Of a stretch of DNA of 59,061 nt, positions 33,640-42,879 are shown one piece after another. The DNA comes from a virus (Duplodnaviria > Caudoviricetes). The stretch covers positions 1 through 59,061 of IMG/VR virus record IMGVR_UViG_3300007963_000007; one strand, written 5' to 3'. The notes under the pieces were generated by a model. It saw only the letters and a list, made by a program, of their open reading frames with translations. It did no database searches and was not told the origin of the DNA. A program made the position numbers and the translations under genes. The first letter of the stretch is position 1. Every line of letters begins with the position of its first letter.

Positions 33640-33663
33640 CTCAACAAGTCGTGTAAGTATAGT
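33636..33663 (+). promoter_or_regulatory. Sigma70-like promoter
   Basis: TTGACT-N16-TATAGT; ATG 8 nt downstream. Confidence 0.8.
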
Positions 33664-33671
33664 CCTCGGCT

Positions 33672-34787
33672 ATGCAATCACCCGACCACTCTTCTAGGGG
33701 CCACGCTGAGTTTTCTCCAAGTAGTCTGAAGTATTGTGCAGCTTGTGCAGGTTACCAAGGTAAAGAAGGGACCTCCGCCGCAGCAGAGAAGGGAACAAGG
33801 ATTCATGAGGCTATCGAAGTAAGAGACTCTAGTAACCTTCAAAGTGAAGAAGAGGTGTCAATTTACAATGAGATTATTGCTGACCAAGATGAATACCTTA
33901 AAAATTACGAAGGTAAGGAACTTACCGAGAGTTGTCAGGAAATTCTTCTAGACGTTGCACTCAAAGGGACCGCAACATACGGGACTTGTGATTTCCTTAA
34001 TATTTACGACAACACACAAGGGGTGTTAATTGATTACAAGACTGGGATATCCGTCATAGATTCTCCTGAAAAGAACTGGCAAGCGAAAGCATACACGGTT
34101 GGTTGCTTCCAGAAGTTCCCTGATTTGGAGTCGATTAACTTTATATTCTTTGTCCCACAGAGGAACGAAATACTTTCACACACATTTCAACGAGTAGATC
34201 TAGAAGAACTAATCGACGATCTTTCTAGTGTTATATTGAAAGCAGAGAGAGTCCGACCAAAGTGGGGGGATGGTGCGCCCCCTTTAGAGGATTTGACTCC
34301 GACAGTTCATTGCAGGTTTTGTAAATACGAAGACGTGTGCCCTGCTCTGGGTGGGTTAGTTGTTGAGGTAGCCAAAAAAGTAGACCCTTCTTTACCAGAT
34401 GTAGATATTGACTCTACTGAAGACCCCTATGTTATCGAACAGCTTTGGGCTATAGCTAAGATTGTTACAAACTGGGCCGACCGTTTTAAAAAGAGGGCCG
34501 TTAACCTTGCCAGAGAAGGAAAGGAATACCCCAACCTAAGATTAAAAACTATGGGAGCGACTAGAAAAGTAACGGACAACGCAATCCTAGCTAAGATAGC
34601 TGACGAATACGGCATAGATGCCGAAAGTCTTCTCGCTCACGTAAACATCCCATTAGCTAAAGTAGCTAAAATGGTAGGGGATACAGCCGAAAGGGGCGGC
34701 AAGAGAAAAAAATCTGAAGAATTTATTGACGCCTGTGAGAACACAGGTATTGTCGAAACCTCACCCCCACGGCAGACCTTGTCGTAG
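33672..34787 (+). CDS. DUF2800-like PD-(D/E)xK (Cas4-like) exonuclease
   Basis: HAEFSPSSL..C..C, GTRIH, GTCD, LIDYKTG, Q..AY, HCRFC....CP. Confidence 0.85.
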   Translation: MQSPDHSSRGHAEFSPSSLKYCAACAGYQGKEGTSAAAEKGTRIHEAIEVRDSSNLQSEEEVSIYNEIIADQDEYLKNYEGKELTESCQEILLDVALKGTATYGTCDFLNIYDNTQGVLIDYKTGISVIDSPEKNWQAKAYTVGCFQKFPDLESINFIFFVPQRNEILSHTFQRVDLEELIDDLSSVILKAERVRPKWGDGAPPLEDLTPTVHCRFCKYEDVCPALGGLVVEVAKKVDPSLPDVDIDSTEDPYVIEQLWAIAKIVTNWADRFKKRAVNLAREGKEYPNLRLKTMGATRKVTDNAILAKIADEYGIDAESLLAHVNIPLAKVAKMVGDTAERGGKRKKSEEFIDACENTGIVETSPPRQTLS

Positions 34788-34820
34788 GGATTCACAGAAA
34801 CAAGAAACATCGAAACACTG

Positions 34821-35540
34821 ATGAGTAAAAAAGCCACTGAGCTAGCAGAAGCCCCTAAGTCGGGACTGTCATCCGTTCTTGAATCGGATACGTTGGAACA
34901 ATCGGACATTGATATCCCAAGGATTAACATTGTCCAGAAGACCAGTGATATTACTGGTCCTGATGGGGAACCAGTAGCTACTGGTTCTATTGTATTGGAT
35001 AAGCAGTTTGTCTTAGCTGGTCCTGATGACACTATTAAGGTGATTCCTGTAATGGCCATGAAGGCATGGCGGGAAGATATTCCTTACGATAGCGATGAAA
35101 TTTCGCGTATCGCTAACAGCAAAGAAGAGAGGGACGCCCTCTCTAAAGAGAGTGATTACTCTATGCTTGAATTTGCTGACATTACTCTCCTTATCAAAGG
35201 GGGCGATATTACTGGTCCTGATGGGAACCCAGTTTCTCCAGATAAATTGGCTAATGGGGAAGCCTTCCCATTCCCAATGGGGGAGGAAAATGGCGAGCCT
35301 GTCTTGTATGCTCTTGGGCGTATTAATGTTGCCAAGGACGCCTATCGGCAGACGTTTAAGCGCCTGACTACTTTCGGTATGTTTAATCGGGGTGTTGAGG
35401 CTTATGCGCGATTGTGGAAGTTTAATTCTTCTTTGATTACTAGAGGTCGCTACAGTTGGTATGCTCCTTCTCTTAACGTAACTCAGGAAGCTCCTGATGA
35501 AGCCGTCTCTAACTTTATTGGAGGGTTTATAGGGCAATGA
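34821..35540 (+). CDS. Probable ssDNA-binding/annealing protein
   Basis: SDIDIPRINIVQKTS motif; lies between exonuclease and polymerase. Confidence 0.55.
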   Translation: MSKKATELAEAPKSGLSSVLESDTLEQSDIDIPRINIVQKTSDITGPDGEPVATGSIVLDKQFVLAGPDDTIKVIPVMAMKAWREDIPYDSDEISRIANSKEERDALSKESDYSMLEFADITLLIKGGDITGPDGNPVSPDKLANGEAFPFPMGEENGEPVLYALGRINVAKDAYRQTFKRLTTFGMFNRGVEAYARLWKFNSSLITRGRYSWYAPSLNVTQEAPDEAVSNFIGGFIGQ

Positions 35541-35752
35541 TTGTTGAGGTCCCCAGTAACTCCGATATTCTCACAAAAGAGATTGAACATCTTGAGGGTG
35601 CTTGCGAGCAAATGAAGGTGGCTATTGCAAAGTCTCAATACGATCTTGCGGCCACTCGCGTTATCCTTGATGCTTTGAAAGCACAAGTAAAAGCTCTTCC
35701 TGTGCAAGGAGAACTCTTGTCTGAGAAGGCAGAAGAGGGCGAAGACGAGTAA
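35537..35752 (+). CDS. Small coiled-coil protein
   Basis: ATGA coupling; heptad pattern. Confidence 0.55.
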   Translation: MIVEVPSNSDILTKEIEHLEGACEQMKVAIAKSQYDLAATRVILDALKAQVKALPVQGELLSEKAEEGEDE

Positions 35753-35765
35753 TTTCCAAGACGGG

Positions 35766-35838
35766 AATGGTATTGCGGCGGTCGTGTTGTTGACTGGTAA
35801 GTTGTCATCGCCATTGGAGCAACCGCATAAAACTCCAA
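35766..35838 (+). ncRNA. Candidate pseudoknotted cis-regulatory RNA upstream of DNA polymerase
   Basis: AATGGT/GCCATT, TGCGG/CCGCA (crossing), GGAG/CTCC and TGAC/GTCA pairings. Confidence 0.45.
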
Positions 35839-35843
35839 GCTAT

Positions 35844-35877
35844 ATGCCTCGCCTTCGTAAAGGGGGCGGGGCATTTT
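35844..35877 (+). terminator. Intrinsic terminator-like hairpin just before polA
   Basis: ATGCCTCGCCTTC-gtaaa-GGGGGCGGGGCAT followed by a short T run. Confidence 0.65.
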
Positions 35878-35885
35878 AATGATCC

Positions 35886-37670
35886 ATGACTAAGCACACA
35901 TACGCAGTCGATTTTGAAACGTATTACGATAAAATATGCTCGATAAAAACTCTCGGAGTATTGGGGTATTTTAGCCACCCAGAATTTGATGCATATCTTG
36001 TATCGGTTGTGGGGACAGATGGTAATACGTTTGTGGGGCATCCGAAGGATTTTAACTGGGGCCTACTGAACGGGCAAATTGTCCTAAGCCATAACGCTAG
36101 TTTTGATGAAACCTTATTTTTATACGGAGTTAAGGAAGGATGGTGGGGGGGATGCAAACCAACGCAATGGTATTGCACGGCTGATATGGCAGCTTACTGT
36201 AAGTTGCCTCGTTCTCTTAAAGGCGCTACTGCTGAAGCCTTTGATCTTACTGTGGACAAGTCTACCCGCGATAATATGTCAGGTAAGAAGTGGGGTAAGA
36301 TGTCTGAAGAGTTTAAGAAGGAAGTGACGGACTACGCACTAAAAGACAGTGAGCTTTGTTTAAAGCTGTGGGAAACTTATCAAGACAAATGGCCGCAAGA
36401 AGAAAGGGAGATTAGTGCGCTTAACAGAAAAATAGCTCAAGGGGGTATCCCTATAGACAGTAAGCTACTGAAGTCTCAGCTTGAGATAATCAAGCAAAGA
36501 TTGTTTGAAGCAGAAGAAAACATCCCTTGGCTTGGGGAGAAGCCGCTTCTTAGTCGGGCTGCGTTCGATGAGCAATGTCGCTTAGTAGGTATTGAGCCTC
36601 CTGCTAGTTTAGCGGCAGATGATTCTGAGTCACAAGAATGGATTGAATACCACAAGTCAGAGCATACTTGGATAGACGCAGTCCGAAACTGGAGGAGGAT
36701 CAACTCTCTTAAAAAGAAGCTGGAGAGTTTTGATTATGCTACCATGCCCGACGACAGGTATTACGGAGGGACAATGTATTTTGGGGCGCATACTGGGCGT
36801 TTCTCAGGTTCGGGGGGTAACCTGAACTTACAGAATTTACCCCGCGAAGAAATGTTTGGGGTGAATCTAAGGCATCTGATCTCGCCGACAGAAGATAAGA
36901 GGTTGGTTGTAGTGGACCTTTCTCAGATAGAGGTTAGAACTTTGTGTTGGTTAGCGGGGGACAGAAAAATGTTGGATGAGATTGCAGAGTCAGCAGATAT
37001 ATACGAGGCGTTTGCGGTGCGTTTTCGTATGTGGGACGAGGGAAGGGGGTCCTTGAAAAAGGAAGACCCTAAGAGAAGACACAGTGTGAAGACTATGGTC
37101 CTTGGGTGTGGTTACGGAGCGGGGGCCGCAAGGTTTGCTAGTATGTCGGGGATACCAGAATCAGAGGCAGAGAAGATGGTTCTTCGTTATAGGAACAGTA
37201 TGCAACGGGTTAAGAAATTATGGTATAGCTACACGGGGGACATAGAGAGTTGTTACGAAGCAAGCAAACAAAGGGGCGGGGGGACCTCTTTTATTGTGTC
37301 GTTGCCAAGCGGGAGAGATTTGGATTACGGCCCTCTTAAACGTATGACGGAGAACAGGAGGAATCACTACCTCGCGTTTATCCCGCGCCATGGGAAAAAG
37401 GTAGCCGTTAAATTGTGGGGGGGCCTTGTAGCGGAGAACGCTTCGCAAGGTTTAGCTCGGGACATATTTTCAGACATGATGGTGAGAGTCGCATTGGCGG
37501 GGCATAAAATAGTAATGCACGTTCACGACGAATTAGTTGTGGAGGCACCTGCTGATAAGGCAGAAGAAACACTTGCCGATATCATAAAGATCATGTCAAC
37601 GCCCCCAGAATGGATACCTGATATCCCTGTCTCTGCCGAAGGATCGATTCTTAGAAGATACGAAAAATGA
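35886..37670 (+). CDS. polA: Family A DNA polymerase with 3'-5' exonuclease
   Basis: Exo motifs DFETY and HNASFD; HTGRFSG...NLQNLPR; motif A DLSQIEVR; motif B KTMVLGCGYG; motif C HVHDE. Confidence 0.95.
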   Translation: MTKHTYAVDFETYYDKICSIKTLGVLGYFSHPEFDAYLVSVVGTDGNTFVGHPKDFNWGLLNGQIVLSHNASFDETLFLYGVKEGWWGGCKPTQWYCTADMAAYCKLPRSLKGATAEAFDLTVDKSTRDNMSGKKWGKMSEEFKKEVTDYALKDSELCLKLWETYQDKWPQEEREISALNRKIAQGGIPIDSKLLKSQLEIIKQRLFEAEENIPWLGEKPLLSRAAFDEQCRLVGIEPPASLAADDSESQEWIEYHKSEHTWIDAVRNWRRINSLKKKLESFDYATMPDDRYYGGTMYFGAHTGRFSGSGGNLNLQNLPREEMFGVNLRHLISPTEDKRLVVVDLSQIEVRTLCWLAGDRKMLDEIAESADIYEAFAVRFRMWDEGRGSLKKEDPKRRHSVKTMVLGCGYGAGAARFASMSGIPESEAEKMVLRYRNSMQRVKKLWYSYTGDIESCYEASKQRGGGTSFIVSLPSGRDLDYGPLKRMTENRRNHYLAFIPRHGKKVAVKLWGGLVAENASQGLARDIFSDMMVRVALAGHKIVMHVHDELVVEAPADKAEETLADIIKIMSTPPEWIPDIPVSAEGSILRRYEK

Positions 37671-39847
37671 AATACCGATACATTAAAAATTTACGCGCAA
37701 CAAAATGTGAGGACAGTGATGATCTGTCTTCTATCAAAGTTGCCCCCAAACCTACGCACTCGTCTAAGGCTTTATTCAGAGAGTGGTGCGCGAAAGAAAC
37801 AACCGACCATTGTTTTTACAGCATGGCAGCGGGGCTTACCCCCAAAAGACGAATTGATAGCGAAAACAAGGTAGCCAAAATATACGGTGTTGTTGCGGAT
37901 TATGACGCCCCAGTAGATTGGGGGAACGTGGACGACATTATTGCGGCTAAGTGCGGGAAATGTATGCCTACGTGGAGGACCAAAACCAATAGTGGCTACA
38001 TACGGTTGGTGTTTGAGTTTGAGGAAGTGGCTTCTATAGACCACTCACTATACAAACCTTTTATGGCAGAGTTGAAGAAGTCTATTGGCTTCCACAAAAT
38101 CTTTGCGGGGTATGACACAAAGTCAGAAAACCCCTCTCAATACTTTGAGTTGGGGGAAGACTGGGTAGGTGTGCGTGGTAAGGTCCCACCTGCTGTTGTC
38201 CAGACTGCTTTATTTAAAGCCGCCAAATCGTCCCCACCTCAGTCCGTGGACACTTCCATACCAATAGAAAGGGTGGCCGAAGAACTGGAGGAACGGTTCC
38301 CAAACCGCTGGGTAGGAGAATTTGAAGTAGGGGCAAGAGGGCCTTTGTTTTGGATAGATGACGGCATTGATCGGGAGGGGTGCCAAGTGTTTGAAGACGG
38401 GATGGTGGTATATTCTGATAGGGATAACGGATGGAAAACGTGGCGTGATATTTTTGGACCAGCTTTTGTTAAAGATTTTGAACAACAAAAGATGGGGAAT
38501 CTTTTGGATGAGTATTGGTTTAACGGACGGCAGTTCTTTAAACTACTCCACGGGTCTGCCCAGCCGATACCAAGGGACCAATTAGTGTTGGAGCTAAGGC
38601 AAAGAGGATTTAAGGCGAGGTCTAAGAAGGGGGAAAACCTATCAGAAGTTGAGAGTGCCATTCTGGTTATAAGTAACGAAAACAGGATTAACGAGATAGC
38701 TCCTGTTGTGTTCCAGAGGGACCAACGTGTCGTGGACTACAACGGAACACGCATACTTAACAGTTCTAATATATCTCCTGTAGAACCAGCAGAAGACGGG
38801 GACATTGAGAAGTGGCCTTTTCTGTATAATTTCTTCGACCAGTTTTTCGTAGACTCAACATCTGTAAGAACAAAATACTTTTTCTTTGCGTGGCACAAAC
38901 GCTTTTACTTGGCAGTGTTAAATAACACTTTGGATCAGGGGCAAGCGTGTATTTTGGTAGGCCCTGCCAAGAGGGGTAAAACACTCCTGTCCAATAAGAT
39001 TATTGCAGAGAGTGTAGGGGGGTTTGCTGACGCTAGTGATTATTTATCTGGAGGGACTAAATTCAACAAGGACTTAGGTAGGGCGGCTAGTTGGGTCATT
39101 GATGACACAGTTAGTGCTGCGTCTTTCCAAGACCAGCGGAAGGCTACGGAACTTATTAAGAAGGGGGTAGCCAACCCACGAATAGAATTTATGGCTAAGT
39201 ATGCCGATGCTATATCACTGCCATGGGCGGGAAGGATTATAGTTAGTCTTAACGATGACGCTAACAGTATGAGTGTTATCCCTACATTGGATTCCAGCAA
39301 CAGAGATAAGTTGATGGCTTTTCGTGTATCGCAGAAGTCTTTTGACTTCCCAGAAAAAAAGGTGTTGGAGGATACTATTTCTAAGGAACTACCCCACTAT
39401 TGTAAATGGTTGGAAGAGTGGAAGCCTCCTGCCGAAGTTATGGACGACGATAGGTTTGGTGTGAGAAGTTTTATAGACGGGAATATTGCATCCGCAGCCT
39501 ACGATAACTCTAGCAGGTCGCAAGTCGCTGAACTTGTAGACTTCTTTTCCAAGGCGTGCCGAGAACAGAACGATACGCTAACACAGTGGAGGGGGACTAT
39601 AACTGAGTTTCAAGTAGCTATCCACGCTTACAACAACGGTAGGTCGTTGGGGGCGTCCAACAGACTTGAGTTTGTTAGGAACGGACTGTCTCATTTAGAA
39701 GACGCAGGTAAAGCTAACGACGAAATTAGGCCGATAAAATCAATCGGGCGGGGTTCTGGGAAGGTCTGGATAATAGATGTGTCTCAGGAATTTGACATCG
39801 ACCCAGATAAGTTTACAGAGAGTTTGGAGGCCGCAGAGACGCTATAG
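37667..39847 (+). CDS. Primase-helicase (primase-like N-terminus plus SF3-type P-loop domain)
   Basis: VADYD...TNSG in the N-terminus; Walker A GPAKRGKT, FN, WVIDD; ATGA-coupled to polA. Confidence 0.75.
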   Translation: MKYRYIKNLRATKCEDSDDLSSIKVAPKPTHSSKALFREWCAKETTDHCFYSMAAGLTPKRRIDSENKVAKIYGVVADYDAPVDWGNVDDIIAAKCGKCMPTWRTKTNSGYIRLVFEFEEVASIDHSLYKPFMAELKKSIGFHKIFAGYDTKSENPSQYFELGEDWVGVRGKVPPAVVQTALFKAAKSSPPQSVDTSIPIERVAEELEERFPNRWVGEFEVGARGPLFWIDDGIDREGCQVFEDGMVVYSDRDNGWKTWRDIFGPAFVKDFEQQKMGNLLDEYWFNGRQFFKLLHGSAQPIPRDQLVLELRQRGFKARSKKGENLSEVESAILVISNENRINEIAPVVFQRDQRVVDYNGTRILNSSNISPVEPAEDGDIEKWPFLYNFFDQFFVDSTSVRTKYFFFAWHKRFYLAVLNNTLDQGQACILVGPAKRGKTLLSNKIIAESVGGFADASDYLSGGTKFNKDLGRAASWVIDDTVSAASFQDQRKATELIKKGVANPRIEFMAKYADAISLPWAGRIIVSLNDDANSMSVIPTLDSSNRDKLMAFRVSQKSFDFPEKKVLEDTISKELPHYCKWLEEWKPPAEVMDDDRFGVRSFIDGNIASAAYDNSSRSQVAELVDFFSKACREQNDTLTQWRGTITEFQVAIHAYNNGRSLGASNRLEFVRNGLSHLEDAGKANDEIRPIKSIGRGSGKVWIIDVSQEFDIDPDKFTESLEAAETL

Positions 39848-40346
39848 GAAGATGATAGCCATTAACTTTATAAGTGAACCCATAGTCGTCAGGCTCTCCT
39901 CGTTTTTTATACTCAGCGAGCTTCTGTATTTTATTGGCGGTAGCCCAGCCCAACAGCCAAGCGCGGGTTAGGTCTTTCTTTACACGGACAAAAAAGTAAG
40001 CATTGGCGGGTAGCTTTTTTCCTTTAGGAGTGTTGACCGAAGCAGTGTAATGGGGAAGTGGTTTGCCCCCACATGACTTTGATTTTATGTCTATCTTCTT
40101 TTTGCCAAGGACATAGTCATGCGTATAGCTTGTGTCTCCAACATATTGGGCGTCAGGATAAAGAAGCTCAAAAGCTATCTCGCCTAAAAAGCCAGTCATT
40201 CTTCCGCTGCCGCGAGTAAAGGAGTTAGGGAGGATTCCTAAATTCTCACTACGCTCAAAAGCGTCTTTTACATTTTGCCCCGAAGGTTTGAACAAGATCA
40301 ACCCCTTGTCTCGCGTGAACTGTGGGGGTAATGCCTTTCGTTTCAT
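39813..40346 (-). CDS. PD-(D/E)xK-like nuclease-fold protein
   Basis: GFLGEIAF...HDY...IDIKSK pattern. Confidence 0.5.
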   Translation of the reverse strand: MKRKALPPQFTRDKGLILFKPSGQNVKDAFERSENLGILPNSFTRGSGRMTGFLGEIAFELLYPDAQYVGDTSYTHDYVLGKKKIDIKSKSCGGKPLPHYTASVNTPKGKKLPANAYFFVRVKKDLTRAWLLGWATANKIQKLAEYKKRGEPDDYGFTYKVNGYHLPIASLRPPNSL

Positions 40347-40642
40347 TCATTGCCTAGACGCTTTTCTAGACGAGTCCAACTACTAAAAAAATGCGTATCA
40401 AAACACCTAACTATAGCTTCTTCTTCAAAGTTAGTGCAAGAGGATAGACCGCTTATGTCGAGACAGGCGTGCATCAACTCATGCCTTAATGTTTCCCGTG
40501 TCTTTTTGTCAGAAAGACCCGTGCTAATAACTATTAATTTCCGCTCTGGGTAGTATACCCCGAAGCAATCATCGTCGCTAAGATCTCTCTGTTGTATTTT
40601 AACAGTCTGCCCAGCGACTCTTATGGACTTAGGGAGCTTCAT
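40343..40642 (-). CDS. Small zincin metallopeptidase-like protein
   Basis: FGVY...I.I...ETLRHELMHA...EEAIV. Confidence 0.7.
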   Translation of the reverse strand: MKLPKSIRVAGQTVKIQQRDLSDDDCFGVYYPERKLIVISTGLSDKKTRETLRHELMHACLDISGLSSCTNFEEEAIVRCFDTHFFSSWTRLEKRLGNE

Positions 40643-41186
40643 CGGAGTAGTAATTATTTACCCCGTCAGCATACACTTTGGCTAACTTGTCTAAATTAGC
40701 CGTAATCAAATCGACATCATTGACTGAGGACCCAAAAAAGGGTTCCGCGATACAAGCATATACGGGGGTCTTTCTGAGAAAGAGAGCGCCTCGCTGACCT
40801 TTTGATCGAGGTTTGGTTCCTCGGGATCTCAAGTCAGGGAATTCGTTTTCCATGGCCTCCTTTAATTTTGAGGCTAGTTTTTTGCCGCCCGTGCTAGTCT
40901 CCCAATGAAGCCATTCATGGCCTGTCGCTGTAGGACCCGCAGCATTGAAGTGTAGCTCAATACAAGCGTCTACTCCATCTTGTTTCATCTGACGGGATAC
41001 ATAATTAATGGCACCTACATAACTAGACGCTTGGTAGTCGTCATAAACTTTATAAGGCACATTCAGGAGGGGGGTTATTAAGGGAACTAACCTAGAATTA
41101 AACTGGTGTTCACTAACGCTATTGGCCCCAACGGTCCACGCGCCACTGTCTCCTCTACGGCTATGTCCGATTGCTAACCCTATCAT
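40629..41186 (-). CDS. Endolysin, N-acetylmuramoyl-L-alanine amidase (Amidase_3)
   Basis: IGLAIGHS...GA...SE...IELHFNA...GHE...FLRKT...IAEPFF; start at 41186. Confidence 0.9.
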   Translation of the reverse strand: MIGLAIGHSRRGDSGAWTVGANSVSEHQFNSRLVPLITPLLNVPYKVYDDYQASSYVGAINYVSRQMKQDGVDACIELHFNAAGPTATGHEWLHWETSTGGKKLASKLKEAMENEFPDLRSRGTKPRSKGQRGALFLRKTPVYACIAEPFFGSSVNDVDLITANLDKLAKVYADGVNNYYSDEAP

Positions 41187-41350
41187 TTCTTTATTAACCT
41201 GTATAAGGACGCCAACCCTACTGTTAATCCGACAACGAGAGATCCGACTCGTAACCAATACTCCAACTGCTCTTGCATACTGGTTATCAACCCTAACATA
41301 GGCGCGGCCATGCCCACTAATGACTCGATAACTTTAGGAGAATTCATCAT
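41183..41350 (-). CDS. Small 2-TM holin-like protein (55 aa, not in ORF track)
   Basis: MMNSPKVIESLVGMAAPMLGLIT...LRVGSLVVGLTVGLASLYRLIKK*; ATGA-coupled on both sides. Confidence 0.6.
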   Translation of the reverse strand: MMNSPKVIESLVGMAAPMLGLITSMQEQLEYWLRVGSLVVGLTVGLASLYRLIKK

Positions 41351-41580
41351 TTGTCACTCCCTATAATCACAGCCCTTCGGAACGAATATTCGCTGAAGAA
41401 CTTATGGTTATCTCGGCCTACTAAACTACCTTCATGGAAGTCATACGTTACCCCCTCCTTCAGAGTTATCACGGGGGGATCGTATAAGGCGCTGTTGTTC
41501 CCGCTTAATGCGCTCGGCGACTCGTTCCATTTGGAGCAAGCTGATAGGGTCACCAGAAGAGGCCAACCTATCAAGCTCAT
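41347..41580 (-). CDS. Outer-membrane lipoprotein, o-spanin-like
   Basis: MSLIGWPLLVTLSA-C lipobox; starts inside the upstream gene in another frame. Confidence 0.6.
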   Translation of the reverse strand: MSLIGWPLLVTLSACSKWNESPSALSGNNSALYDPPVITLKEGVTYDFHEGSLVGRDNHKFFSEYSFRRAVIIGSDK

Positions 41581-41674
41581 CTTGAAGATCGTCCAAGCGG
41601 TTGTCGCGTTTGAGTCTGATGTGTTCGATGTAGGCATTAAGGGCCGCAGTTAAAAGTTTAAAGAAGGAGGTCAC
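41441..41674 (-). CDS. i-spanin-like protein
   Basis: Weakly hydrophobic N-terminus plus coiled coil; overlaps the lipoprotein gene in Rz/Rz1 fashion. Confidence 0.45.
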   Translation of the reverse strand: MTSFFKLLTAALNAYIEHIRLKRDNRLDDLQDELDRLASSGDPISLLQMERVAERIKREQQRLIRSPRDNSEGGGNV

Positions 41675-41850
41675 TTAGACTTCGCCTTGCCGACATTCAA
41701 GGCCAACCACGATATTATGGTTGATACCTTCTGGATTATCCTATTATCACTTTCATTCGGTGTCATCGTTGCCACTAAGGAGGCGACAGCAACAACGCTT
41801 GCAGCAATTTGCAAAAGCATCTCTGCGTTTTCGGTAATATACTCAATCAT
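41671..41850 (-). CDS. Small membrane protein, holin-like (59 aa, not in ORF track)
   Basis: MIEYITENAEMLLQIAASVVAVASLVATMTPNESDN...ISWLALNVGKAKSK*. Confidence 0.65.
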   Translation of the reverse strand: MIEYITENAEMLLQIAASVVAVASLVATMTPNESDNRIIQKVSTIISWLALNVGKAKSK

Positions 41851-41867
41851 ATGCGAGGGGGTTAGTG

Positions 41868-42827
41868 TTAAACAATGTTGGGGACTCTGCCGCCAGACCC
41901 CAGTGGGTCAAAGTTAACTGCGGGTTTGGCTGCTCCACGGTAAGCGTCTAGTTCTTGCTCCAGTATCTGGTTGGTGGTAGCCCAATGGTAAGACGCTCTT
42001 TCAATATCTGCATTGTCTTCTGCAATGCTTCCTAAAAGGGCGTGCTTAATAGCATTCAAGTTGCTGGGGTATACGGGGTCATAACTGTTTATCAACCGCT
42101 TAAACTTACGCTTAACTAAAAGACGCATCGTCTTCTTAGTGAGGTTTGTGTCATTACCAAGTCTATACCGCCTGTAGCTGTTAACTTTATTCGCTTCCTG
42201 CACAGTCCCAAGGACGAGTGTGTCAGTATCGTCTGTGATATTCTCGGCAGTAATTTCAACTGGGTTTTGTAAATCAGAATGACCGTTTCGGATCTCAGTA
42301 ATTGATGTGAAATAAGTGCTGGAGGTTTTGCTGGCGGCAGCAGTAGTAAACGTAGGCTTATATGTTGCGGTTACAGGGGTAGAGCTATTATCTAGACCTG
42401 TAATAGTTATAAACGAAGATTCTGTTCTCGGGATCTGAGTCTCGGGCGCGATAGGTTTTACGTGGATCTTATAGGCTTTTGAAGAATCTAGCTCATTGAC
42501 TGTGGGGACAAACCCATCGTCAATTAAACCAAAAGCCGCGATAGTTGTCCCGTCCGCGTTGCGGCCAGTAAGTCTGTAGTCGTGGAATCGGCTTCGTGTC
42601 TTTGCAGGGTCGTTATCAACCAGAGCAGAAATTACTGACTCAGCGTCATCAGGGAGGGTAAAATTGCCGTCCGTAGTAGAAATGACAGTCTCAAACAGAA
42701 GATCGCGCCACATACCCATGGCAAAAAGGCGGGGCATAATAAGATTCAACTCTTTTAAAAAAGAGCCTCCTGCTGATTTATAACTTGAAAGAGCGTCTTC
42801 TACACCCGCCACGGTCAAAGTAGCCAT
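41868..42827 (-). CDS. Virion structural protein (possible head-tail adaptor/tail tubular protein)
   Basis: Late-region position; own promoter TTGACC-N17-TACCCT at 42833-42861. Confidence 0.55.
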   Translation of the reverse strand: MATLTVAGVEDALSSYKSAGGSFLKELNLIMPRLFAMGMWRDLLFETVISTTDGNFTLPDDAESVISALVDNDPAKTRSRFHDYRLTGRNADGTTIAAFGLIDDGFVPTVNELDSSKAYKIHVKPIAPETQIPRTESSFITITGLDNSSTPVTATYKPTFTTAAASKTSSTYFTSITEIRNGHSDLQNPVEITAENITDDTDTLVLGTVQEANKVNSYRRYRLGNDTNLTKKTMRLLVKRKFKRLINSYDPVYPSNLNAIKHALLGSIAEDNADIERASYHWATTNQILEQELDAYRGAAKPAVNFDPLGSGGRVPNIV

Positions 42828-42879
42828 ACCGAAGGGTAATAGCTAAAAGCCTTGAGGTCAAGATCTCTAACTTATGGGG

